From NCBI GenBank assembly GCA_002840365.1, contig PHAO01000001.1, forward strand, positions 15,594 through 79,593: DNA of 64,000 nucleotides, given 5' to 3'. Position 1 is the first letter of the stretch. Each line of letters starts with the position of its first letter. The translations under genes and the position numbers were made by a program. Under the pieces are notes generated by a model. That model saw nothing but the letters and a program-made list of their open reading frames with translations, was not told where the DNA came from and made no database searches. The DNA is from Candidatus Dojkabacteria bacterium HGW-Dojkabacteria-1. GTDB lineage: Bacteria > Patescibacteriota > Dojkabacteria > SC72. Positions 44,168-53,534 of this stretch are shown here, one piece after another.

Positions 44168-44776
44168 ATGGCAGATAGCAAGAGGGTAGAATTTGTAAGA
44201 TTAATTAAAGAGGCTCCATCTAAACAGGTGGAGAATGTTTTTATCGGTTTAACATATGTTCTTGCTATTTTACTTCTTGTTTTTGCAATAGTTCCAACTA
44301 TTAATACTATTTTTCAAATAAATAGGGAGATACAGGAAAAACAGACTGTGTACAATGCTTTGGAAAACAAAATAATAGCTCTTTCAAGTTTAGATGAGCA
44401 ATACAATGAAAATAGTGAAAAATTTAAAGATTTAACTCTACTCTATCCAACCTCTGGAAATTTTAGCCTATTCCTTTCGAATATTGATGCGGTTGTAGCT
44501 AGAAATAATTTTGTATTAGATGCTATTTCTTTTTCTGAATATGATAGGGATACTTTCCAGATAAACACTTCGGCTATTAAACCATGGTCTGTAAGAATAG
44601 CGGTCAGTGGTAAGAAGGTTTACCTTGTTACGTTCCTTAGAGAACTTGAAGCCATGCCGATGTTTCCTGTAATTGAGAGTTTAGCATACGGAACAGATGT
44701 AGATGATGAAGGAAATACGAAATATTCTATTACTTTGAGAATATATCATGTAGAAAATCCTAAGTTTTATGAATAG
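44168..44776 (+). CDS. PilO-like type IV pilus assembly protein.
   Basis: It is bitopic, with a coiled-coil segment followed by an alpha/beta domain. It lies immediately after the PilN-like gene. Confidence 0.45.
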   Translation: MADSKRVEFVRLIKEAPSKQVENVFIGLTYVLAILLLVFAIVPTINTIFQINREIQEKQTVYNALENKIIALSSLDEQYNENSEKFKDLTLLYPTSGNFSLFLSNIDAVVARNNFVLDAISFSEYDRDTFQINTSAIKPWSVRIAVSGKKVYLVTFLRELEAMPMFPVIESLAYGTDVDDEGNTKYSITLRIYHVENPKFYE

Positions 44777-44781
44777 ATAAT

Positions 44782-45024
44782 ATGGAAGTTGTAAAGAAAT
44801 ATATAGTAGGAATAGTGTTACTTTTGGTCATTGTAATAATATGGCTTGGTCTTCTTTTTCTCTCTGACACAATTTTTTCAACCGTTAATCCTAAGGCTGA
44901 CTCATATGTTAAACCAATAAATAAGGAATTTGATATGGAAATGTTAGAGAAAGTCTCTGAAAGAACAGAGAGTAGCTTCCCTGTAACCCCTTCGGAATTC
45001 TTTGATTTAACAAACGAAGATTAA
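44782..45024 (+). CDS. Small single-pass membrane protein of 80 aa (candidate PilP-like or accessory).
   Basis: It has one N-terminal transmembrane helix and is translationally adjacent to the PilO-like gene. Confidence 0.35.
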   Translation: MEVVKKYIVGIVLLLVIVIIWLGLLFLSDTIFSTVNPKADSYVKPINKEFDMEMLEKVSERTESSFPVTPSEFFDLTNED

Positions 45025-46109
45025 AGATTTATATAATCATCAAGTTTTTTCTCTGAAGATTTGTCTTTAAGTTTCTTTAAAGCTTTTGCTTCAATTTGTC
45101 TAATTCTTTCCCTTGTTACTCCAAATTCTCTTCCAACTTCTTCTAAAGTTCTTGTAACTCCATCATCTAGACCAAATCTCAAAGAAAGAACCCTTCTTTC
45201 TCTATCTTGCAAAGAATCTAATATATCTCTTAGTTGATTCTTAAGATATTCTGAAGTTGCAAAATCCTCTGGGCTTTGTGACCATTCATCTGGGAGGATA
45301 TCTTGTAATTTACTGTCCTTTTCGTCTCCTATTGGTGTTGCAAGAGAGGATGGATTCTGTTTAATCTTCCTAATCTCTGCGACCTTGTCTAGTTCAATAT
45401 CCATTTCTTTTGCAATTTCCTCATCACTTGGTTGTCTTCCCAGTTTAGTAGTTAAAATACTGTTTACTTTATTAAATTTGTTTATTGTCTCTATCATGTG
45501 TACTGGTACACGAATAGTTCTTGCTTGATCGGCTATTGCTCTTGTTATGGCCTGTCTAATCCACCATGTAGCATATGTAGAGAATTTAAAACCTTTGTGG
45601 TAATCAAATTTTTCAACAGCTCTCATTAAACCTATATTACCCTCTTGGATTAAGTCTAGAAGTTCTAAACCACTCTTGCTGTATTTTTTTGCAATACTTA
45701 CTACCAACCTTAAGTTTGCTGTAATGAGTAATTGGCCTGCTTCCTTATCTCCATTCTCAATTCTTTTAGCAAGTATAACTTCTTCTTCTCCTGTAAGAAG
45801 AGGAATCTTTCCTATTTCATACAGGTATGATCTAATTGCATCTGTTGAAATAGTGGATTGAATTGTCTTAAGTATTCTAATTTTCTTTTCTAATGTAAGT
45901 TCTTCTGCACTCTTCACTTGATCTTCTTCTGGTTCTAATACCTCAATATCATTCTCTTGTAGTTCTTTGAATATTTCATCTAGAAGAACAACATCTTCTT
46001 CTATTGTTGGAAATACTTCTAAAATATCTTCCTGACTGAGAAACCCCTGTTCCTTACCTTTAATAATTAATTCTTTTATATTGATAGCCTTTTGAGAAAG
46101 TTTTGCCAT
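45021..46109 (-). CDS. rpoD: RNA polymerase primary sigma factor (sigma-70 family).
   Basis: Region 1.2/2 is present ([27 protein letters not shown]…[29 protein letters not shown]), together with regions 3 and 4. Confidence 0.85.
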   Translation of the reverse strand: MAKLSQKAINIKELIIKGKEQGFLSQEDILEVFPTIEEDVVLLDEIFKELQENDIEVLEPEEDQVKSAEELTLEKKIRILKTIQSTISTDAIRSYLYEIGKIPLLTGEEEVILAKRIENGDKEAGQLLITANLRLVVSIAKKYSKSGLELLDLIQEGNIGLMRAVEKFDYHKGFKFSTYATWWIRQAITRAIADQARTIRVPVHMIETINKFNKVNSILTTKLGRQPSDEEIAKEMDIELDKVAEIRKIKQNPSSLATPIGDEKDSKLQDILPDEWSQSPEDFATSEYLKNQLRDILDSLQDRERRVLSLRFGLDDGVTRTLEEVGREFGVTRERIRQIEAKALKKLKDKSSEKKLDDYINL

Positions 46110-46134
46110 TTATATATATGGTATAATTTAATAT

Positions 46135-46479
46135 ATGAATAAAGGAATAAATAAAGAAAATTTAAATGAAAGAAAACAATTTTTTATAGACATAATCGCT
46201 AAATTTTGTGATAAGTGTGGTACCCCTTATACTGGAAGTAACTTAGAAATAATTCAAGACAACAATATCTCGAGTATTATACACTTCTCATGTAGTAATT
46301 GTAAATCTAATCATATTGCTACTTTTATTAAACCAATGGGTATAAGTAATAGGATGCCAATAAATACGGACTTAGATATTGAAGAAATTGGTAAATTTGC
46401 TTCTAAACAAGAGACTTCTCTTGAGGAAATATTAGATATATATATTTACCTAAAAGAAAAGGAAAAAATAGTTATCTAG
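46135..46479 (+). CDS. Small zinc-ribbon protein (CxxC…CxxC), hypothetical.
   Basis: It has CDKC and CSNC pairs 25 residues apart. It is the only plus-strand gene in a long minus-strand block. Confidence 0.4.
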   Translation: MNKGINKENLNERKQFFIDIIAKFCDKCGTPYTGSNLEIIQDNNISSIIHFSCSNCKSNHIATFIKPMGISNRMPINTDLDIEEIGKFASKQETSLEEILDIYIYLKEKEKIVI

Positions 46480-49479
46480 CTATCTTTGCCACAATATATT
46501 AAAACTTTCATCTGAAGCTAATTCGAATCTTCTACTTAATTGATATCCAATACTACTAAGGTTATCTCCTTTTTCTAATTCCCAACTGCTTGGATATATA
46601 ATATTTAGATTGTATGCATCTTTCCTACTTCCAGGTTGTTTATAGATATTAACATCCATACTGTAGTGAGTATCATTTCTCAATATAGGGAATGAACTAT
46701 CATTATTCTCATTGCTGATTCTATATGTAATCTCCAATGTCTTATTTTCTTTGATAGGAACATTAAACCATCCTCCAACTACTTTGTAGCCGCCCTCGTT
46801 ATATATGTCATATCGGTTATCCTTGATACCAGTGATTCCCATTAAGGTTGCATTAACAGGTAGGAAAATTCTTACATAGTTTATATATTCACCTTGTGGG
46901 TATGTGTTTATACTAGAATCATTTTGTATAGCTATTTGATACTTGTAGTCTATTGTTTTTTCATCCTTTATGTTTATATCCAGAGTATGATTTTTCTTTA
47001 TATACAAATTTGCCTTATTCCCTCCCCAGTTCCAATCAATATTAATAGGGGCAGATAGATACTTAGAATCCATATTCCCATCCCAGTTATTTTCATCAAA
47101 ATATGACTTAGCTAAAGTATTTTTAAATGTTGCTTGTAAATGTTTTTCTGTTAGAGACTCAGTAATTACATCTGAGATATCCTTGTATTGGGCAAAGTTC
47201 GATGAAAGGAGCTTTGTAACAGATTCATTTGCAAGATTTGCTAAGAAGGTTGCCTTTCTTGTTGAACCAGGGGTGAACTCTGTATGCATCTCGAAAATCT
47301 TTGAGTAAAGATTGGAAGAGGTTATTATCTCTGATTCTCCAGGTACTTCAATTCCTCCCCACTTATCTAAAAGCTTCTGTAAAAATACCGTATCTATGGT
47401 AATTATCCCATCAATATCGTTTCCTTTACCAAGATCATATACAAATTGCTCGGTACTGGTCATTACAGAATCTAAATTAGGATCCCAATTAACAAGAGAG
47501 AATGTATATGGAGTTTCTCCTAATGCCCTTATCATTGATACAGGAGCTCTGTAGGTATATCCCTTAACTCTTAGTGTACCCTCTGCGTTGTAAATATCAT
47601 CTACAAAAAGCTCTCTTATTTGTCCTCCCTCTATTGCTACTACTCCGTAGCTTGATATCCATCCTCCAGTTCCCCTTATCTCGCCATCATTTTGTAGTAA
47701 TATCACATATCTTTTTCTTTCATCTACTCCAAGTAAATCTGGTAAGAATTGTGATACCTTTTCTAAAGGTACAACCATATCATTTACTTGGGTTATCAAC
47801 TCCTTGTATCTAAGAACAGAATCTTGTAGGAATTTTGGAAAATCTCTTGTATTTACCGACTCTATCAAACTCTTCGCAAGAGTCATTTTATATATTCCTT
47901 CCTTTATATTGTATTGATTATCATCTATTGCTAAAAGATACTCCCTGTACTCCCTTGTCGTTGATGGTTGAGAGCTGTCAAAGGTTACAGCAGGCTCAAA
48001 ATCTTTTACATACTCACCAAGGGGTCTAAGTCCAATTACTAAGTCTTGTGCACTGTCTAGTGCATATCTAGTACCTTGTATGACCTGGCTTGTATTGTTG
48101 TAAAACTCCCTGTTATTAGTAAAAGAAAATAGCCAGAAGAGTCTTGAAAGATTGTTTTCAACCCTTGTTAGGTTTTTGGATATTTGTACAGTATCTTGTT
48201 GTATTGAATCAAAATCTAATTCAGCAAAGGATTTCTGTAGGTTATTAGTTTGAGAATATATTAAATATGAACCAAGTGAAATTCCTAGTACTGGAGAAAT
48301 TAAGTAATATATTGCTATGAAAGAAACAGCTAATACAGAGAGTAATTTGAATATTTTAGTATAGCTAATTTCTTTAAAAAGTCCTTCTGATTCTGAACCA
48401 CGGAATGGTTTTAGAAGTTTTTGTACAAAAAGACCTAATTTTGTGTTTGAAACATTAGAGACTTCTTCTGTTTTTCTCTTTTTAACATCCTCTGTTTTTC
48501 CAATTTCCCATTTTTTATCAGATTTGTCATAGTATGCTTTAACTTGTTCAACAACACTCTCTTCTAGTGGAACCTGTTGTTTCCATGAAAACTGTGTAGC
48601 ATTTGGAGCAGGAATATACAAATCTTGTAAAACATATTTGTTATCTTCTCTTTCTACAAACTTTATTGCCTTCGCTTCAACATCTAATTCTAATAGTTTG
48701 TAAGAAAGAGAAAGAGTAGTATAGTCGTTTTTGTTACAAAGAGATATTACTTCTCCTTTTGTATTATCCTCAAATGTTAATTTCAATATTCCATATACCG
48801 CATCACTCTCATGTATTATATTGTGTAATTCTAATCCTTCTCCTGAGATTTCAATTTGAGGTTTTTGTGTTGCATCCACAAAGAGGTGATCTAGAGTATT
48901 ATCAGTTAGCTGACTTATTCCTTTCCCAACCAAAGTTCCAAGTCTTAAAATTCTTACATTTGCTTTTGTTTTATCTACAAACTCTGCAACGAAGTTCTCT
49001 CCATACCTTTGTAATTCTAGTGGGGAATACGGTGTTGTTTTACCGGATTTTTCATCATTTAATCTATTAGAAAGCTCCCTATTTAATCTAAGTGAGGTTA
49101 CTAAAGATATTTTAGCTTTGTATTTCTGAGAAGCTGTTAAACTTGTACTAAGATAGTCAGATTCTGCTAAAAAGTCCTTACTATCAACATTTTTTGCTTT
49201 CTCAAGTGATTCCCCTAAGAGGTAGAAGAGATAGTCTATTCTAGCTATTTTCTCATAGAAATTCTTTAAACCTTTGAAATCTATAAAGCTAACTTTTCCA
49301 GTATTTCTTAATTCAGAGAAGTAGAGCTTTGATTGTGCAGTATATTTATCAATAATTACTACCTGACTTCCTTGTTCTAATAGTGTTTTGGAGAGTAGAT
49401 ATCCAAGATAGTTTCCTCCATGCACAATAATAGATACTGGAACTTGTCCCTTTATTTTTGTTAAATCTGTATTACTCAT
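46480..49479 (-). CDS. Large membrane protein: an N-terminal NAD-dependent epimerase/dehydratase-like Rossmann domain fused to a transmembrane helix and a large DUF4012-like extracytoplasmic domain.
   Basis: The N-terminus carries VSIIVHGGNYLGYLLSKTLLEQGSQVVIID (a GxxGxxG Rossmann motif). A transmembrane helix lies at about residue 385, followed by about 600 aa of extracytoplasmic domain. Confidence 0.55.
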   Translation of the reverse strand: MSNTDLTKIKGQVPVSIIVHGGNYLGYLLSKTLLEQGSQVVIIDKYTAQSKLYFSELRNTGKVSFIDFKGLKNFYEKIARIDYLFYLLGESLEKAKNVDSKDFLAESDYLSTSLTASQKYKAKISLVTSLRLNRELSNRLNDEKSGKTTPYSPLELQRYGENFVAEFVDKTKANVRILRLGTLVGKGISQLTDNTLDHLFVDATQKPQIEISGEGLELHNIIHESDAVYGILKLTFEDNTKGEVISLCNKNDYTTLSLSYKLLELDVEAKAIKFVEREDNKYVLQDLYIPAPNATQFSWKQQVPLEESVVEQVKAYYDKSDKKWEIGKTEDVKKRKTEEVSNVSNTKLGLFVQKLLKPFRGSESEGLFKEISYTKIFKLLSVLAVSFIAIYYLISPVLGISLGSYLIYSQTNNLQKSFAELDFDSIQQDTVQISKNLTRVENNLSRLFWLFSFTNNREFYNNTSQVIQGTRYALDSAQDLVIGLRPLGEYVKDFEPAVTFDSSQPSTTREYREYLLAIDDNQYNIKEGIYKMTLAKSLIESVNTRDFPKFLQDSVLRYKELITQVNDMVVPLEKVSQFLPDLLGVDERKRYVILLQNDGEIRGTGGWISSYGVVAIEGGQIRELFVDDIYNAEGTLRVKGYTYRAPVSMIRALGETPYTFSLVNWDPNLDSVMTSTEQFVYDLGKGNDIDGIITIDTVFLQKLLDKWGGIEVPGESEIITSSNLYSKIFEMHTEFTPGSTRKATFLANLANESVTKLLSSNFAQYKDISDVITESLTEKHLQATFKNTLAKSYFDENNWDGNMDSKYLSAPINIDWNWGGNKANLYIKKNHTLDINIKDEKTIDYKYQIAIQNDSSINTYPQGEYINYVRIFLPVNATLMGITGIKDNRYDIYNEGGYKVVGGWFNVPIKENKTLEITYRISNENNDSSFPILRNDTHYSMDVNIYKQPGSRKDAYNLNIIYPSSWELEKGDNLSSIGYQLSRRFELASDESFNILWQR

Positions 49480-50122
49480 CTATTTGTGCGCTATCAAAAA
49501 TTACTGATATTGGAAGGAGATATCCTTTAATATTCAATGTATACCCAGCTCTTATAACGATTGGTAAGGTTAAATTCTCATACTCTTCCGATTGTAATGA
49601 TATTTCATACTCACCTTCGTTTAATTCTAAGTTTGTTATTGGAGCAGACTTAAGAAATTCTGAGTTCATAAAGACACGCGCGTCTTGAGAATTTGTTGTT
49701 ATAGTAAGCTTTCCTTTGTTTGGAGTATAGGTTTTGTCTTCTTGGTAATAAAGAATAGTTCCATGCATTACATCATCTGGTCCAATTTCTAAATTGATTC
49801 TTGAGGTAGAATTTTTTGTTAGTATTACCTTGAATGTATGTGGTTTGTAATATCCTTCTTGTGTAGAAATTTTGTTTAATTCAACTTCGTACTCTCCAGC
49901 TACTAAGCTTTGTATGTTAAGAGGGGTTTCTCCATATTCCTTACCATTTATTTTTACATTTGCTTTTCCGTAAGGAACAGTAATTTCTAAGGTAGTATTT
50001 TGATAGAAGCTTTTAAGTATTGGTACGTGTTTTAAGATATCCTCTGGTTGGATAAAGAAGAGTAGAATTGAGACAAATACTACAATAGATGAAACTATCA
50101 GGGCAGATTTCCATTTTTTCAT
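49472..50122 (-). CDS. PEGA-domain protein (membrane-anchored, two PEGA repeats).
   Basis: An N-terminal transmembrane helix is followed by VKINGKEYGETPLNIQSLVAGEYEVEL and VFMNSEFLKSAPITNLELNEGEYEISL, matching the PEGA repeat. Confidence 0.6.
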   Translation of the reverse strand: MKKWKSALIVSSIVVFVSILLFFIQPEDILKHVPILKSFYQNTTLEITVPYGKANVKINGKEYGETPLNIQSLVAGEYEVELNKISTQEGYYKPHTFKVILTKNSTSRINLEIGPDDVMHGTILYYQEDKTYTPNKGKLTITTNSQDARVFMNSEFLKSAPITNLELNEGEYEISLQSEEYENLTLPIVIRAGYTLNIKGYLLPISVIFDSAQIDE

Positions 50123-50167
50123 ATGTATTCATTATATGAAAGCACTCTGCGTTTGTCTACAAAAGGA

Positions 50168-51376
50168 TTAGTAAGAATATTTAGATTCTGGAGACTCTTT
50201 CTTTTCCTCTTCCTTCCTGTTTGAGCGGTAGTGAATGAATACTATGAAGGCTAGAACAAAAGCAATACTAAAGATCAAGGCAAAATACCTATATGCCCCT
50301 GTTGTTAGAATCGCAAATGAGCCAATGACTAAAGATACAGAAGTCTCAAGTAGTAATACCTGTTTACTAGAAAGATTTAGCTTTAATAGTCTGTGATGTA
50401 AGTGAGATGTATCATTAATTCTCATCAATTCTATTGGGTTTTTAGGTTTGTAAGTAATTGCCCTATATGCAAGAACATAGATAGCGTCTAGTATTGGTAT
50501 TGCTAAAAGCATCAATGTTGCAGAGAATTTTAATCCAGCAATTAGAGCTAAAACACTTATTAAAAACCCATATACAGATTTACCACTTGATCCTGACATT
50601 ACCTTTGGAGAAGGATATGCAAAGTAAAGCAATGGGATTAATCCTCCAGCAATTAAAATACTAATACTTGATGAAAAGAGAGAAAAGGTTCTAACTCCAA
50701 CGATAAAGAGAAGAAGGAATATAACTAAGGAGTATGATTCTACAAGTCCAGGTGAGCCCCCCACCCATTTAACCGAATTAATACAGAGTAATATCCAAGC
50801 TATTAATATTAAATCTCCAGGAAATACAAAAGATATTGGTATAGAAAGAATATTTGCACTCCACGTGTATGCAGTTAGGTTTAATAAATCTTCTGAGAAG
50901 AAGCTAATATTTGCTAAATCTATAATTGAGAAAGCAATAATACTTGCAGCTACGAATTGGTAAAGAAGTTGAATTTTTGAAGAAAGGTTAAGTACATCAT
51001 CTAGTAAACTACCTACGATTAATATTGATAGAGCAAGGACAATTGGTATTGTCATAGCATCTAATCTAAAGAGAAGAAATATTGCTATTAATATTGGGAT
51101 TGTTATTGCTAACCCTCCTAGTGCTGGTGTTTCTACATCGTGTATAGCTTTCTCTGGATTATCAAAATCCTTACCATTACGCCCTTTCCCTGGTACATAT
51201 GTTATTTTATATTTTTTAGCAAAGTATCCAAATATGGGTGTTAAAAATAGGGAACCTAGAAACCCTATTAAGAAAATAGGCCAATAGTTAAGATATTTTT
51301 CGTACTCTGTTGCAGTAGCAAAATCATTTATTCTTAATATTTTTTCTAAGAAATTTGTTGCAATTGAGAAGTCCAT
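50168..51376 (-). CDS. Glycosyltransferase family 4 polyprenyl-phosphate HexNAc-1-phosphate transferase (MraY/WecA family).
   Basis: It has about 10 transmembrane helices and the motifs ETPALGGLAI, LLDDVLNLS, INSVKWVGGSPGL and a His-rich loop SHLHHRLL, resembling MraY/WecA cytoplasmic loops. Confidence 0.6.
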   Translation of the reverse strand: MDFSIATNFLEKILRINDFATATEYEKYLNYWPIFLIGFLGSLFLTPIFGYFAKKYKITYVPGKGRNGKDFDNPEKAIHDVETPALGGLAITIPILIAIFLLFRLDAMTIPIVLALSILIVGSLLDDVLNLSSKIQLLYQFVAASIIAFSIIDLANISFFSEDLLNLTAYTWSANILSIPISFVFPGDLILIAWILLCINSVKWVGGSPGLVESYSLVIFLLLFIVGVRTFSLFSSSISILIAGGLIPLLYFAYPSPKVMSGSSGKSVYGFLISVLALIAGLKFSATLMLLAIPILDAIYVLAYRAITYKPKNPIELMRINDTSHLHHRLLKLNLSSKQVLLLETSVSLVIGSFAILTTGAYRYFALIFSIAFVLAFIVFIHYRSNRKEEEKKESPESKYSY

Positions 51377-51378
51377 AT

Positions 51379-51834
51379 TTAGAATGAATAAACTAATTTG
51401 AAAAATATTACTGAAAGGGACATTGTAGAAAGTAATACTGCTACCAAAAGTAATTTTGACAGCTCCCTTTCACGATGGTAATACTTGTTTGCAAAAAGAA
51501 AACCCGATATTAGGATTAAAATACTTAAACTTGGTAGAAAATATATCCAGAATGAATCTACTAATCTTAAACTAAGTGAAAAGAAATAACCAAGTACTGG
51601 AATTCTAGAGGGGAGAATTTCAAGGTTTAATATAGAATATATCTGTGTAGATATTAAGGATATACTCATCACTAGTACAAACCACATAAGTAAATCTTTC
51701 ATAAAACGATGTGTTTCAAGCCCAGAAAGCCATAGCTCATATTGATCTTTGTATTTGTAATATATATTTTGAGGAGGATTTTTAAGTCCAAAATCTAATT
51801 GTTTTTCTTTTTTCTCCTTCTCTTTCTTTTTCAT
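51379..51834 (-). CDS. Hypothetical membrane protein of 151 aa.
   Basis: It has a Lys/Glu-rich N-terminus followed by four transmembrane helices. Confidence 0.4.
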   Translation of the reverse strand: MKKKEKEKKEKQLDFGLKNPPQNIYYKYKDQYELWLSGLETHRFMKDLLMWFVLVMSISLISTQIYSILNLEILPSRIPVLGYFFSLSLRLVDSFWIYFLPSLSILILISGFLFANKYYHRERELSKLLLVAVLLSTMSLSVIFFKLVYSF

Positions 51835-51872
51835 TGTCCTGATTATATCACCTAGAGAAGAGTAAAGGGATA

Positions 51873-52607
51873 TTAGTGAAGTCTATGATTATTAAGAATT
51901 TCAATGTATTCATTTAATGATAGCTCTGCTGGACGGAGATTGAAGAACTTTCCTATTGAATCAAAATATACACTGTTTCTTAAATTGTTTTTTAAATTTT
52001 TTCTAGGTTGTTTAAATGCATGATGTATTAATTGTTCTAAATTCTCAATATTTTTAATATTCATATCATTGGGTGTAAAAGAAACAAAAGAACTGTTTAC
52101 ATTTGGTTTTGGTCTAAATGAATCAGGAGAAATATCAAAATATTTATTAAAGTCTGCATAAATTGCAGTAGTAAGTGAGAGTATATTATATGGTTTTTTG
52201 TATATATACTTCTCAGCTACCTCTTTTTGGATAATGAAGAAAGCTTTGTTAGTAAAAGTCTTGTGTTCTATTATCTTCCTTATAATAGGCTTTGAAACAT
52301 TGTATGGTAGTGAACCAAAGTATGTGAAATCCTTTTCTTTGAAAATATTTAAGTCCAAATCTAGAAAATCTCCTGTTATAACCTCTATTTTAGGAAATCT
52401 AAGCTTTAAATCATTTGCTAATGCAATATCTTTTTCAACAACTATTACATGTTCAAAATTTGCAACAAGATCTTCGGTAAAAGAGCCTAACCCTGGTCCT
52501 ATCTCTACAACCGATTTCGTTTCGTTTTCTAATACTTTGTTAACAATATGGTTTTTTAGGTTTTTGTTTACGAAAAAATTTTGACCTAATGATTTTTTTG
52601 CTTTCAT
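51873..52607 (-). CDS. rsmA: 16S rRNA (adenine1518/1519-N6)-dimethyltransferase.
   Basis: SLGQNFFVNKNLKNHIV…VVEIGPGLGSFTEDL matches the KsgA/Dim1 motifs. Confidence 0.8.
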   Translation of the reverse strand: MKAKKSLGQNFFVNKNLKNHIVNKVLENETKSVVEIGPGLGSFTEDLVANFEHVIVVEKDIALANDLKLRFPKIEVITGDFLDLDLNIFKEKDFTYFGSLPYNVSKPIIRKIIEHKTFTNKAFFIIQKEVAEKYIYKKPYNILSLTTAIYADFNKYFDISPDSFRPKPNVNSSFVSFTPNDMNIKNIENLEQLIHHAFKQPRKNLKNNLRNSVYFDSIGKFFNLRPAELSLNEYIEILNNHRLH

Positions 52608-53534
52608 CTATACTCTAAAGTCCCAAATATTTTTACTTTTAGTAAATTTCTTACTGCATTCTTTACAATGGGCACTTTCTTTCTCAATTTTTAGAAAACC
52701 TTTGCAAAGAGGGCATACCAATATATCTTCTAAGGTAGAATTCTTTGATGTTTTAAAATCTCCCTTGTTAACTATACTTTTAACAAAAATACTTGGAGAA
52801 GTTTGACTCCAAGAAAAAGCCTTTTGAGAAATACGTTCTAGCAAAAGGAGTAACCTTACACCAAGTATCTTTTTAAGTAGATTTAATCTTAAAAAAGAGG
52901 CTCCTCTCTCCTGAATTACAATGTATCCACTTTCTCTTAGAGTTTCCTTCATCCATTTGGGGTGATAGTTGAGAAATGGTACATTAGAACCTTTTCTAGC
53001 CCCTTCGTAGTTTTCTTTTGTTGGTTGTTGATATGGTTCTTTGTTAAATATTGTAAAATCAAATTTTAAGAGAGCCTTTATCATTGCTTTTAGGTGCTTT
53101 TTGTTTGCATATTCCTGTATATATACAGAGTTGTTACTAAAGACTCTGTGAGCCTCTTTAAAATAGTCTGTAGGCCTGTCAATGTGGTGAAGTACCCTTA
53201 CCATTAAACCTCCATCGAAAGTATTATCTTTAAACGGAAGATTGTATGCATTTGCGGCAATTAATATTGTATTTGGGTAATTCTGTTTAATATATTCATA
53301 GTTGTTTTGAAGTGTTTTTAGAGAATAGTCGATAATGACGGGGTTTGAATATTTTTCATAATATGTTGGAGTTAATCTCCCATATGATCCTCCAATATCG
53401 ATGAACCAATTCCCCTCATTTCCCTTAAGTAGAGAATCTAAGGCAATATGCTCTGATTTGTTCTCGTATTCTCTATTCTTCCAATACTTTCTGTAATCGT
53501 AATTAAGAGTATCATAGTTTGCTATTTTGCTCAT
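52608..53534 (-). CDS. Class I SAM-dependent methyltransferase with a C-terminal Trm112-like zinc ribbon.
   Basis: Motif I is FIDIGGSYGRL, and the C-terminus carries CPLCKGFLKIEKESAHCKECSKKF. Confidence 0.6.
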   Translation of the reverse strand: MSKIANYDTLNYDYRKYWKNREYENKSEHIALDSLLKGNEGNWFIDIGGSYGRLTPTYYEKYSNPVIIDYSLKTLQNNYEYIKQNYPNTILIAANAYNLPFKDNTFDGGLMVRVLHHIDRPTDYFKEAHRVFSNNSVYIQEYANKKHLKAMIKALLKFDFTIFNKEPYQQPTKENYEGARKGSNVPFLNYHPKWMKETLRESGYIVIQERGASFLRLNLLKKILGVRLLLLLERISQKAFSWSQTSPSIFVKSIVNKGDFKTSKNSTLEDILVCPLCKGFLKIEKESAHCKECSKKFTKSKNIWDFRV

